From the NCBI GenBank assembly GCA_051294905.1, contig CM119381.1, positions 17,484,001 through 17,548,000 on the forward strand: a stretch of DNA of 64,000 bases, written 5' to 3'. The notes beneath the pieces are model-generated. The model searched no databases. It saw only the letters and a program-made list of their open reading frames with translations, and was not told the origin of the DNA. Numbering within the stretch: position 1 is the stretch's first letter; each line of letters starts with the position of its first letter. Of the stretch, positions 13,580-27,538 are shown piece after piece. The DNA is from Botryllus schlosseri (Eukaryota). The translations under genes and the position numbers were made by a program.

Positions 13580-16500
13580 TAAAATACCAAACGAATATGG
13601 ACAAGCGATAGAAACGATATGAGTAGACGAAAAAGGTCAGCGGTGCTATTATGACGTAATACGCAAGATGACGTTATTGCTTTATAACATTTTGCTTTTC
13701 CTACTACTGACGGTGCCTCCGGGGTCTGCGATAAATGCTAGGCCCCGGTGCACCCCAGGTAGTGGCGAGAATACAATCGCGTGTTATTGAATATGGATGC
13801 TGGCAAACAAGGGCAGAGACAAATATTACAACGACTATGCAACCAGACTTCTGCACGGTGAAATTACAGTGGATTTTATGTACCCATTACCTTGGCAACA
13901 TGGTTTTTATACGTAAAGGGTACTGCCACTCCGTATATGGACATTGGACAGGATATGCAAGACAACAGAATATCACAAAACCGTTATCATAGCATCTATA
14001 AATCATATTCACTTTGTCCCTGCTAGCATGCTGACAGAATTGGATCATTGACTGGAATACTGCATCAATTCTGCTCTGTGCGGCTTGATCGACCGCCTGA
14101 TTCCTATCGCGATATTCATAATCGCTGCCTTTGAAGGCAGCCGAGTACAAATTGAATATTGAATATACGCGAGAGTCATTCGCAACTGCACTCGGGGACA
14201 AGAATAGAGGCAGCATCAAAAGTTGCAATCTATGAATATTTCATAATGGAATTTCATATGGGATATTCATAACTCATATTTCATTCGGACATTAATTATG
14301 TATATTTATAAGCGGTCATTCATTTTCTTCTCCTTGAGCGATGACGTAAGCACTCCCTGGAGCGTCAAGCAATCCATAATTGAAGTTTAAAATGCAGACC
14401 GGAATATGCGATTGAATTGAAGTGACTGATATAGAGATCTAGTATTTTAAGACTGGCACGCCAAACCCAATTTGCGTCACGGGCCGGATTCAGACCTCCT
14501 GATCGCTCGCGGCCAAGACCAATCAAATCCTGCCAAAACGGTATGTCCACCTTTGTTTTTCAATGGGATGCTGCATTATCAGGACCATGCATGATTAATG
14601 ATATTGCGGATTATCAGGGCTATATTCTAGCAACACCTATATTCGCAAACAATGGAGTTGGTAAAAAATCATTCATTGTCCGAATGTATGCGGCCGTAAG
14701 CCAATAATTCAGTGACTTTTAATCCACAGGTCAAGACGATATAGTTTAGTACATTTCTATTGCCCCATAGGTTCATTCATCATGCGGTGCCGGCCTTTCA
14801 TATGCGTTGCGGGGAATACCAGATATATAACTGTAAAACGGAAGCTTCGAATTTGGCTCATTATTACTAAATCACCTTTTGGATTTCGACGCATACAACA
14901 AAATATTTCCGAAAACGCGTCACTGAACCAGGTATATCCCTGCACTGAACAAATTCACCACTATGATATCGTTCTATCTTGGAAAATTTGATGGATGGAA
15001 TTTGATTAGCTTTATAAGGATGGTACTTATTCGGTCAGAAGTTTATAGCCGAGCGACGACAGATGTTTGCATTCTATTCATTCGAGCACTATGACTTGAA
15101 CACAACGGTCTAGCCTTGTTGTTTTCGCTTATGTGGATTACTAGTTTTCGGTCCATTATTTCCTCGATATCACCGCAGTATGCACTACCTTTTATTTAAA
15201 ATGTCCTGGACAATAATAGCGTTTTTATTTACTCAGCATTGCATCTCTGGATGGATGAAATATACCGGTAAGCTGTATGCTGGACTAATAGTGGACATCC
15301 CTGGGTTTGAAGTAATTTTCAGCGGTGTCCACTGTCCATCTTATCTGGACGAGCATTATTCGATAACGACCGTAATCCTAAACGGTATTCTTTTAACTCA
15401 AGAAAGTCGAAAAGTATATATCAAAGACTAGAATCTTCCACCAATAGGAAACAGTAATATTCCTATAGTACCTTAGTATACAGGTATATCGTGATGTCGT
15501 GAGTCCACATTTGGACTCTGTCTCGCAGTTTAAACAATAAGGCGGGTTTAGAAAACTCATGACAACGAAAAACTTGGAGTGACAGTATCATGAGTAGCGA
15601 ATTCAAAATTCGAGACAGAAGTTACCCTTCTGCAACTTGGCTATATCGTCGCTGTGAAATCAAAGTATAGCTCATGTCCATTTTACACATTGAGAGCAAA
15701 TTAACTTTATGTAAAGTTATCATTTACTTTCGGCTATATCTAGACCGTGGTTATTTTTAGAGCAATGGGAAAAAATAAAAAATGGCCAAGTGTGATCGGT
15801 ATAAGATGAAAATTCTCCCAAAAACTTGATTTTCGATCAATTTTAAAAAATGGATCTTAAAATTTGAAAAAAATAGACATTAGCTACTTTGGTTCCACCG
15901 CGACGATATGCACTCGATGGCAAGTCTATTCGCTCCTAGTGAATTGCGGAGTTCACGGCGTATGGCATAAAGCTGCTAACTCGAATTGTAGCAGATAAAG
16001 GTCAATCGCTCATGATCTAGTTGAAATATGGTTACCGTATGAAAGTACGGATATAAATTCTTTATTGGGCGCTATTACAGCAGAAGCACCGGCTGCATGG
16101 GGATATATTACATATAACGTTAATCTTGTAATGACTGCCATCACGGTAACGTTAACGAAGGCGATTGCGAAACTATGCATTTGTTATCACCGCGAGGTTC
16201 ATGGACCGCCAGTTTTCAAAACAACGCCCCCATTAATTGCACGCATTTAGTCTTTGATAGGCATGAGAAAATATTTGGAATGAGTACTCAAATTACTTAT
16301 ATAATGGTGGTAACGTCATTTTAAAATATGCAAGGTATATACGGTGGTACTTAATTGCGCCTTTTTTTCTTTACCACTTAGTCATATTTATATTGGACAA
16401 AATCAAATTATTTTCATGAACTCTGTCAAATTATGTATCAAATTAGAGATATATCTCATATGCTTCAATACTCAGGTTTCCCACTGAAAATACTCCTGAT

Positions 16501-19500
16501 TAATATAATAATTCGGTTGTTTACACGGACGGGTTCCAAATTAGGCCTGTCGGAATATTACTCGGACAATGAAAATGGAGCCAGCGATTTCCCTCTTCGG
16601 TATTACTGCGACACTGGTAATTAAACACATGTTCAAGTTAATCAGTGCAATATCATAACGAAACACCATCTTCCACTTGCTCGCAAAGTGTTATAATCGC
16701 TATCCATTAGGATTGTCGGACAAAAGCCGCCATTGATTCCGTAAGACGGGGATTTTTCAAGCGAATACCGAAATAAACTGGAAATAGCTACATATAATAG
16801 ACTTCATCGCTGGTAAGCGACTAATAACAACGTGGCGACTTAAGAAAAAACACAAAAGCCAAGTGATGTAGGACGATTGGGTATAGGGTGAGTCACGCGG
16901 AATCAGACTAAGGACGGGTGAAAATCGAGAGCTCTCTGATTCAATCCCGGTAGGGATTTCACGGTATCATATTTCTTCACGCACTGTTCATACGGGTAAA
17001 TATGACCAACTGGGTATAATCGAACGAACCCATGTTACGCGAAGGCTGATTTTATCAGCTAATAAATATTCTTTGTTGTAGCAAGGTCAATTTAAATCCG
17101 CAGCCAACTATCGCTGTACGTCAACGGACGAATAACAGATTGCTCAGCACACGACGTCTTGCTGGCTGCATCGTTTAAACAGGACTTCTCAAACATTTTG
17201 GTTCGCGACGACACTTTTTATAATATTAAAATATACCGCGATCCATACGGTTAATATAAAATTATTATTAATAATGTTGGATTCGGAGTGTATTCTGGCC
17301 TGGTACGCCACGAAAATACCAAGTTATTCAGAAATTGATAGCCATATAACTAAGAATTGTTTTCTAATCTACATTGAACGGCAGAAATAATCACATCAGA
17401 ACAATTCAGACACTACGTGATGCTTGCCGGACGAAGTTATAGATTACGCAACTGAAGAAAATAATTGCGGCCAAGTCAGTAGAATGCACAAAGCACGAGC
17501 ACCATGTGCGTTAAGGTTAACGCATGCGTCATCAAGGAAAGTCATGTTAAAATTATAATTACTGCAATGCATCAGTGCGCGATCGACCGTTTCGGGAACA
17601 CAAGCACGTGTCATAGAGATAGGATACAAATATCGGAATAAGACAAACTACACTGGCTTGTTGCGATAAGAATCATACTTGCCGTGTAGACGTCGATTCT
17701 ACTATCATCGCAGAGTCAAAACTCTCAAATGCGACTCACTCGACATCAGCACTATTGTGCAAATCAACTGAATGCACAGTGTTTCATTGTTTTTCGATGT
17801 GAGAGTGCAACTATATGTTGTACAATATGTACGCTATAATTGGCTTTCAAAGTCGATGTGGATGTCGATTTAGATCTGTCGCTGCTGCAACTACATCTTC
17901 AACTGTAGGTAACTACCCTTGTTGTTCTTCGGTTTTGTGAACCGCATGTATTCATTAATATGATTAGTTGTGCTTTTTTAATAGCGAGTTACTATAGTAT
18001 ATACGCTCCTTCGACGCCGTATGAGCACATTGGTGTTAAAACTATGCCAATGGCTCGGAGTAGCGTTAATAAAACTCCACACAAGAGAGAGCTAAGCTGA
18101 CGTTGGTGGAAGAACTTACAACACACTCATTTTGGACCTGTCCTCCACTAACTTGTCCTCGCCATAGCCACGTCATTTTGTAATATCGTCAGCTATTTTT
18201 AGATTGCCCGTCTTAAGTGCGTTTGACATGCAACTGGTAACTACATATATACGCGAGCGGGGAAAAATATACATACCAAGTGAAACATGTAGGTTTACAA
18301 AGCTCAACGTATAGGAACAGTAATTAAGGCTCTGCATTATCGTAATACTAACATATGGAGTTGGTTTCAAAGGCATGCCCTAACCCTTTACCTAAGTTCG
18401 AGATTTATCGAGTTTACACCTGGACACTGCTAGAAAATTACATCAATGATTCTGCTATTCTGGTCACATTTTGTTACTCTATTAATGGAGTCATAATTTA
18501 GTACTGATAACCTGGAATTAGAATCGTCGCCACTAATTTGTGATCACTTTATAACACCATATAGGCTTAATCACATCAAAATTCGATCAGATCCTCACGG
18601 AAAAGTACGAACATCTCAACTACTACACGCATCATCAGCAATAAAGTTGATATTTCGCTGTTAGTAATGCGTCGAATATCGCGCGCGTTAGTTCCCCCAA
18701 CGCATATTTAGCGGATGACCAAAATATTCTTTTGGAAACATGAGATAACGCTGGAAATGAAGCGTGGACATAAGGTGGTAGTAATATTATGATAGGATAC
18801 CTAACTCAATAACACTTGCGAATAACTTGAAATGAATAAACCGTGAATATGCTCATGTAGTGTTCTCGATTCGAAAACAGATTTGAAATACAATCGAAGC
18901 ATACAATCTCTTCGCATAGACAGAGGACGGGGATTGAATCGAATTTCAAATGGCGTACAGTACGTATTTAGCGACGTAGCAAACCAGGATCTTCATATGC
19001 ATAATATTGCATATTCGATGGCTCAACATATGTATAGTAGCACATCCGCCAAGTGAAAGACTCGGCAATACAAATGTTGCCGTGGCTGAAAGGGAATCTC
19101 AGAATGATGAGACGCAGTAGACCAATTGTGACATCACACATTTGACGACGCTAACTAAATCACGTACGGAACTTGAATTATTTGACTTAGGATACCATGG
19201 GATACCGTAAGCAAATTATAGCTATCGGCAATCTCGTCGATTCAGAAACATCGGTCTCAATGTCTATCTACAACGTACATGCGCGGCTTGTGCTGGCATG
19301 TCGTACATTGTGCACTGTGCGGTAGTGCACTCAGCAGTGAATCCGCGAGATTTAATTGATAAAGAGGCGTTGCAGCTCCATGCAAACTGGAAGTCCGTTG
19401 TGAGAAGGATGCTATGTATAAAAATACCACTTTCATTATGATACTTCACTCTTTTTAACCGCGAAGCAAACGCAAATCCTCATAGAATTATATTGTAAGC

Positions 19501-20812
19501 TATGATCATTCTACCTACGCCAAAAATGCAACGATGACATCTATCATTAAAGTAAGCGTCTGGTTTGAAATTACGGTTTGTTAGACAAGTCTGTCGTAAG
19601 AACTGTTTTTCTCTCGATGGAGTATTTTATTACAATGCATGTGGCATGACGATGACGATTGTTATAGGTATATTGATATTAACCCATACTCCTCACCGGG
19701 CAATAGATTGCATACCCATCACGGAATTCTTCGAGAGGGGAATTGTTATAGTTAATATTTGCGAGCCACGGTCTTCAACTATCATAATTGGATATATATG
19801 TATGCGTTACCGGCAACATGTAATTACGTGTTACCATCCCGGTTATACTTTGTCCTTGCGGTAACAAATATTCTTTTAAACTGCATTCCGAGACATAATA
19901 TATATCAATAATGGCTACGTGCAAAATGAAAGAGGTGCGCTATCACGAATGATGCTGCCATATTGATTGCTACGACTGGAACGCAATTATTACATGTGTA
20001 AAGGCCCATACCAATGTGTAAATGCGATCGACACGCAAATTTTCGCTGAAGCTCGGCAAAAGCCTATCAGAACTAAAGTAAACAGTGCCATTGAGTATAG
20101 CATGGTGCTGCCCGTTACAATATATATCCAATACACGCGGCTACGCTATTTTTCGCTAGGAGCATTTTAGAAAACGAGGTATATAACCCAAGATTGCAAT
20201 CAGTGCCGATTAGGGCATCTTGATAGAGCAACCAAACGTTGCAGTACGATTGTGCTTTCGAATATAATTCACAACGTGTGAAACCGCTAAATTTTAGACT
20301 CTGCTGGAATCGGCATAACAGAATCTAGGCGAGTTTCTCGTTTTTTTCGGATCAAAGTTCACGCTTTCTTTGCGCGGTGGAGGAAGAAACCAACACCTAA
20401 GTAGTATTGCGTTAAACCAGGATGTACCACCGCCATATATTGATTCAGCGGTCACAAAGTCTCATGCTATGCTTAATGTCCATATTAAACTAGTTTTTTT
20501 TCAGACACCGATTACCCTGACGCGAACAATATGGTGATGAGGAGCCCATCGATAAATCCCCAACACGAAGGTTCGACCTGGTTATTGTTCTAGTAGAAAC
20601 TGACTCAGTTCGAGATATTGTTTCAAATCAACGTTTTATAAAAAATATCTATGCCCATGGTTGGGGATTTAGGAAAGTGTGTGTGGCGGTGATATTCACC
20701 ACTAACTACACAGGCGAACGTAATTCGATTCTCGCCAGTAGCCGAAGCCGGCGTCAAAAACCCAGAGAAGTGTCCGGTTAAGGTCGAAAAGAGCAAGTAA
20801 GGGCGTTTATAG

Positions 20813-21112
20813 CAGGGTTATCAACCACGCAGCCCGCCAGAACATTTTGTGCGGCCAGCGTCGAAAGCAAGTCCAAACATAATTTTATTCAAATACTTTA
20901 AAATGTGATGTTTTTCGTGCCAAGAGTGAATTGCAACATGGTAAATCACATTTTAACGATGGGTGTGGAATTTCATTCTGCAAGATCCCGTCAAATAGGC
21001 ATATACTTGCCCACTTGGAATTACATTGAATTCCCCTATCGATGCTGCAGCCTGCGGCGTCGTCAAAAACTAGGAAATTGGCCCGTGAGCAAATTTGAGT
21101 TTGAGACCCCTG
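20813..21112. mobile_element. Decayed Charlie-like hAT MITE, ~300 bp
   Basis: CAGGGTTATCAAC ... TTTGAGACCCCTG imperfect TIRs, GCCCGC/GGCCCG subterminal motifs, decayed TSD GTTTATAG / GTCTAAAG (6/8). Confidence 0.7.
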
Positions 21113-24100
21113 GTCTAAAGAAAGGCAACGAAAAATCAAGATGGAACACTGTTACATTGTAGGCATCCTGCCGAGGTAGATTCAGCATACTCCCATATCT
21201 TTTCATTACATCGCATTGTGTCTCGTATGTCATATTGTAGATTGTGTGCGTGTCGGACTGTGGTAATATAAATGTCTGCAACTATTACGATTAATAATAC
21301 GCTCTACGTCCGGAAAGACTGTGCTACCGGTTAGAATCCAAAATTTATACACAATATACGTATTCACAGAATTAAATGTTCCCATCAAAACCCGGTGTTA
21401 AATTGAATACCCGTCGAGGCTTTACAGTGTTCCCAGTACTATTGACAGGAATATTGCCGCAAATCACAATTATCAGCTTTAATCATCATAAGACAATACC
21501 GCTTTTCCTCCTATTTCCAAGATTTGAATACGTCTTTTCATTCACGCGTAGGTGCGCATTTTTGAGAACAGGTTTTGCTTCCGCATAATATCATTCTTCA
21601 TCGTTAATCAAGTGTATTCTTTATTATTTAAAACGACATTTAGCTCTTTTATTGCATGTCGCCATATCTGAGTTTCGACGGTATGATTATAGCTGCCTAG
21701 TAAAAGGAATTTGCTAATTGCCGCCCATAGATTCGACGCTTCCTGCTGTATATACTCAAAGATATTTGTTCATAATAATTAGCGCAAACTAAATTGCTAG
21801 TTTCGGGCAATATAGCTCAGTCTATTCAACGTTAATCAGCCTTAAAATAAGATATCTATACTTCCACACAAAAAATGACGCGAGACAACAGAGAATCATT
21901 TTCCGACGTGACTTTTAATAACCGGTGCGCTGAAAAAACGGTTCTATCGAAAAAGACCGAGCAAAGATGTGTTCGAGATATGCCGCACGCAAGCTGAGGA
22001 TCACGTATCGTTGAACTTGCCAATAAATTCAAACGCTATTATCGATACTGGCGGCGCGCGAATCCGATTCGATATAAATTATATCGTAAACCTTGTGAGC
22101 CATAGCAATGCAAATGGGCTTGAGACAAGTTCATTTGCAGGGACGATAAGTGCTCATTGCACTCCTCAACGCCAGGCAATTACTAGGTAAAAGATAGACT
22201 TCAAAATTGATGATCTCGATTATAGTGTAAATGTGAATACACACGGTATTATAAGGCGCCGGTGCGTAGCGAGAAAATACTTGGGAAGAGGATAGTCATC
22301 AATAAGAATATTCAAGGCCCCAAGGTGACGTGTCATAATGTTGCCAATCAGAAATTTGGGTGGCAGCCCGCGCCGCTAGTATGATCGGTATGACGCAGAA
22401 CGTTTAGTATACTCATACCCAGGCACCCCCGAAGAGCTATCTTACGGATCTTCCTGACAATGCTCAATCTCAATACACAACACGCCAATTCTTGTGTATA
22501 TAAGCATTGTTATGTCTGAAGGAATATGTCGCACTTGTCTCGTTCGCGGCAGCTATTTTCGGAACTATCCCTATATTATGAATTTTTCTCTTTTTCTCGA
22601 GTCCAACAAGGTTGCCGACGCCCCATTTAACTCGGTGCTCGCGGCCGCTGTCGCATTGGAAGTATATTTTCACGGCTCAATTATTGTCGGGCCACTTAGC
22701 GGGATTAGTTATTTCAAGTAATATTTCCAAGATGACTAATCGCGTCAGTGTCGAAATCTGCAGTGTCCCATGTCACCCAGTCGGCGCGACGTCTCGGGAT
22801 AAGTTGAAACGCAAGCGATCCATACCGGGGCCGAGATTGGGCCCATAAAATAGTTTTATCCATAGTTATGTAAACAGCGATAAATTACACCGAAAGGCCA
22901 TTTTCGAGTAACTGGAATCGACGATCGCTGGAAAAGCGATGAGTGGAATCGCGGCGCTCGGATCAAAATGTTGACGAGACAATTGCCCTGCATAATCACA
23001 AGTCTTTCAAGCAATATTTAATATTATCGATGTTGTCGAGTATACGTAAGAAGATACTTAAAGGGAATTCAAAATTACTCAAGCGTTTAGCCTTCCAGGT
23101 TGATAGAATTACTTTCCGTGATTAATACACGACCATGCGTATGGTTTCCATCTTCAGTGCCCGTCATACAGTACCTCAAGTAGCTGTGGCGATCTGCTTT
23201 ATGAAATCGATGGAGCTTTATCAATCAGACTCTGCAAACTTGGCATTGGGAAAGTTCCAAGTATCGGTGTTCTGACCTGAGAAATTGTTACAGTACAAGT
23301 AAAATGGTAAAAAAGTAAAACCACTTGGATAGAAAGTTTTATACGTGGCTTATCATATATTTGATCGATATTCAATGTTATATTTTAAGTACATATAGGT
23401 GGTGTGCAAATCAGGGTGCAATGTTGGGTTAAAATTTGCGAGTTCACTTCTCGGTGCATAGCCATTACTTTTAATAAGTATTAGACTTCAGCTTTCTCAA
23501 CAGGGTTCTAGCCCAAGAAAGAGGGCCACGTCGCGCTTCACAAGAGGATGTTAACTTAAATGAAGATGAAGAAAGATGTTATTATCGACGATGCGCGACA
23601 TTTTCAGAGTTGTTGTCTTTTTACACCGATTAATGACACCTTATTCTGCCAATTACAACACATTACCAAATATGTCATTGAAGGGGTCAAGACGGTTCAA
23701 CGATGAAAACCCCAATTATAAGTATTTGTGTATTGCATATCTAAAGAGAGCGCAAAGAGTCAATTTGAAATTACTGATATATAACATTGAAACGTCATCA
23801 CGATGTTCATTTATCCACCCGTTTCTGGTAACTCGTTTGAGTAATCATCATAGATTTACGACGCGTCTGGAAGCCGTTTGTAAATGTCAATAAATATGCT
23901 TAAATATCGATACTTGTCAGTTGACACATTATTATCAGCAAAATGGATTCATGGTCGAACATGTCCTTGCGGTTGCAAAAATCATTATGAGATCATTCGT
24001 CAAAATGTGTGGCGGGTATGTGTACAGTGTACACCGTATTTACGAGAACTTGGGATATCTTAGTTAGAAAGCACATGACTTATCACATCAAATTCTGCAG

Positions 24101-24162
24101 TCATCTTTCTATGGAATAAGTAAGGATAAGACATGATGTAAATATGCTCGATTGCTCTGGAT

Positions 24163-24245
24163 TAAGGATGGTGTGAACCTCTGAAAGGTTCAGGTTCGTG
24201 TGCACGCGAACCTCTTTGAAAGGTTCTGTGTGAACCCGAACGAGA
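24163..24245 (+). mobile_element. Probable left end of a TAGGGATG-type hAT MITE
   Basis: TAAGGATGGTGTGAACC followed by clustered GAACC/GGTTC repeats; no partner end found. Confidence 0.4.
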
Positions 24246-24414
24246 ACATCATGACGTCACGTGACGTCATATTGCTAATTCCAACCATACGTTTCAGTGA
24301 AGTGATATAGGCCTTTATGTACGGGTACACGATACATATAGTGACGACTCGCGGCCCCTAATACCACAATGTTGAAGTACGTACTGGCTCATTAGCTATG
24401 CACTGTCTTCAATA

Positions 24415-24802
24415 TTCCGTCTCCGATCTGGACACTGTCGCCTAAAAGGGCATTTATTCAAAATAGGCTGCATCGACACGCCATTCTGTGACTTATGCCT
24501 CGTACCCGAGAATATGGATCACTTCCTCCTCGCATGCCCAAAATATAACTGGCACCGAGCATATTTGATTGATTTCTGCTTGAACTTGAAAGTTGAGTTC
24601 ACCACATATAACCTTCTAGTGCGGCCAGAACTTCTATCGCCTCTCGTTCAGTTCGTCCTGGCCAGCAACGTGTTGATTTAAGCAAATTTTTTTTGGGTGG
24701 ACGATTTGACACATGTAATACGAAATTTTTGTCGAGGTGCACCAGACCGATAAGGTGATAAGCGCCACAATGTCCCATTTTCACAATTAATAATAATGAT
24801 AA
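24415..24802 (+). mobile_element. 5'-truncated non-LTR retrotransposon (I-group LINE) 3' end
   Basis: Open frame without ATG to TAA at 24679-24681: FRLRSGHCRLKGHLFKIGCIDTPFCDLCLVPENMDHFLLACPKY...LVQFVLASNVLI*. This is the RLRxGH + CX2C-X7-H-X4-C knuckle typical of I-group ORF2 C-termini. (TAA)n-like tail and perfect 9-bp TSD TCTTCAATA (24406-24414, 24803-24811). Confidence 0.88.
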
Positions 24803-25739
24803 TCTTCAATACAGTCATACATATATGTAATGCGTTACTATAAACCCCCGCTATTATCTGAGGCTGGTAATTAAAACCTACCGACATTTTTCACAACACA
24901 GATTCATTATAAAGCAACAACAAACTCAAGAAAAATATGTTTAAGGCCACTATGATTTTAAGTCATGTCTTTCGTTATTATATGATGACACGATCCATCA
25001 TGACAAGATATCGGGGGAAAACAATTCGGCATCGCACAGATATGAATAATGACCAGATCTGGTTTTCCGGGTGATCAACCGTGACATATTTCGCTACTCA
25101 CAAAGGCCACAAACCGAATCACCACGCCATGTTTTCTTACCATCATATGCCATAATATATATTGTAAATATTGTCGTAGTATTACGGCGACTGAGCTGAG
25201 CATACTGTAGCGCTTATCAAAGACGGTCTTGTGAGTCGCGCTGATGGGTGACATATTGCAGAGACGACTAGAACAACTCGCAAATACGACCGTCTACGTC
25301 TATATGCGTACGGGAAAATGGTATACGTGCTTGTGTTTGATAAGTACGAAGTATGCGAAAATGGCAAAAGCAATTAACCTTTACCTTGAGAATCGTAAAA
25401 ACGCAATTTATCGTCCATTAGCACACGACATTTTACCACTAAAAACCTTGCAACTGCAAGAGTGCAGTCGCACTTTCGTAAATTACAAACTGGTGATCAT
25501 CAGATAGCTTTGTTTCTGAGCATAGGGTCTGTTTAAAAATTTTGTAAAAAGAAACAATGCCGAATGTAATTTTCTTTCGCTGACAAATATTATTGCACCG
25601 GAATCAATCAGAGTGAAGATAAATATCCCAGCTCACGGCTGATTAGTTGAGAGTTTTCGTTCACAACTCAGGATGTTGGACCCCAGTTATATAATCATAA
25701 TGACAAAAAATTAATTCCTTTAACTCATTTAACTGCGGC

Positions 25740-25793
25740 ATAGCGCCCCACTTCAGACACCTTCACGCACCCCCCCCCGCTTGAGAACCACTG
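25740..25793 (+). mobile_element. Orphan right end of a Charlie-like MITE
   Basis: CCCC...TTGAGAACCACTG, same terminal 13 nt as the 11216-12072 right TIR; left end not found. Confidence 0.5.
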
Positions 25794-26940
25794 CACTGAA
25801 AGGTATTTAGGATAGTACAAAGCTTATTATCTTGGTCGCTGCCTTCCGAGCAGTGTACACTGTCGAGCTTGGGGAAATAGCTTTGATGTTGAGCAAAGCT
25901 TGCAGTTTTTCTGAAATTCGACATCCCTTGACCGATTGACTGTCATCGTGTTTTTGTCAAGACCGACTTTAAATTAGATCCTTAATCTCGGCGACCTGCT
26001 CAGCACAAACTGAAAGGACGGGTTGGCTCCGGTATATTAATATTTAGTGTTCCAAACCTTCTTGGAATTTCTTGTTTTACGAATTTGGGATTTGGAAAAC
26101 TATCACGTAACAATTTGAAACACAGACAACGAAGGTTTGAACTAAATAAACTATATGGAAATAGTAATTCTTGTGACTTTATTTTCTACTCATACTTTGC
26201 TCCATTGACTCTATTTTGAATCTGGATTACGCGTACGAGGTACGTATGGGCAGTGTTATTGTGGTTGTGCCTTTTAAACGCGTTTTTCTCAAAATATACT
26301 TTTTCGGCACAAGAATTGCTTCTGCTCCACGCCTGCTTCTCCGATTCATCTGAAATTTGTGAAGAATGATGGTTAGGGTATATATTATAAATCAATTGAG
26401 CGTTTTCTCAAAATTTTGTCCAGAAAGATTTTTACGGGGGTAAAATTGTTGAAAAAAAGTCAAAATTTAGGGTTCGCTACAAAAAATTTCCAAAATTTTG
26501 TTAGGAAACCTTTTTTTTGAAAATCCCTCAATATAGGTTTGTAGACATATGTATGTACTATAACTACCCCAATTTTGGAAGGAATATCTTGAGATTGTTT
26601 TGACTTTTTAGGGTTTTTGTGCACAGGTAACAAAAACAGGTTTTTGAGGTTGTGGCCTCTTAGGGTGTATGCCTATGTTTCAAAATAAAGGAAATTTGTA
26701 AAGAAAATTTCCTGTCCTTTCCAACAATATTTGGATCATGAGGCTAGCATCTACCTTGTGGTAGTAATGACCACAAACGTGAATGAACACCTATAAAATT
26801 CATTTTAAAAGAGAAGTGCCCCTTCAATTAACGGGCTTCACAGTAAACGAATTTCCTGTTCAGATGATACAGCCTATGGTTTTAGTTCACGCATCAACAT
26901 TCAAAAGCAGGTTTTATGTTTTGAATTCCAAGCAACCTTT

Positions 26941-26988
26941 CGCGGGTCGCACACATTTGGCCCGCGGACCGCACTTTGCCCAGATCTG
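26941..26988 (+). mobile_element. Orphan right end of a Charlie-like MITE
   Basis: GCGGGTCGCA...TTTGGCCCGCGGACCGCACTTTGCCCAGATCTG, a pattern typical of Charlie-type MITE ends. Confidence 0.45.
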
Positions 26989-27538
26989 CTCAACAGGATG
27001 GCAGGATTTTACAAAAGCCAAATAACCAAGTCTAGAAATAGGCCTAAAATACGCCTTAAAAGTAGTGGTATAGGAGGATAGGTTGCGTGGACACGATGTT
27101 GGGCATGAAGTTGTGAGAATATCGCAAATCTACAACGCGTCTATATATGACTTGAAAACGCTATAGGAGGTGGTTTTCGGCCGATTAAGTCGTATGATGA
27201 AAGCGATGATTATGATTATTCGATGCGATAGGCATGTGTCAAAAAGAGGCATTCAAACATAAAGGAACTATGAAGGATCTACTGTACACAATATGCAACA
27301 TTTACAGAGAGTCTGTATTTAGAGTCACGAGAGAGACGGCGACGGTGATTACATCTGTAATATCCAGTAAAAAACAAGGACCTCGAGGGAAATACACGTG
27401 GACTCAAAGGTCATGATGAAGTTTCTGTCAACCAGCGGCTGATGGCCCCCCGACGCGACATGACCATTCGGTGAAGAAGTGTACTTTTGTCAGAAAGAAT
27501 ACAAGGTAGCGATTTCGAACTTTCAGTGGGGTCATGAC

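Noticed and set aside
20540-20810. SINE-like stretch (also 62990-63070)
   Set aside because: No clear A/B boxes, tail or TSD and no second copy in the window; cannot be supported without a repeat library.
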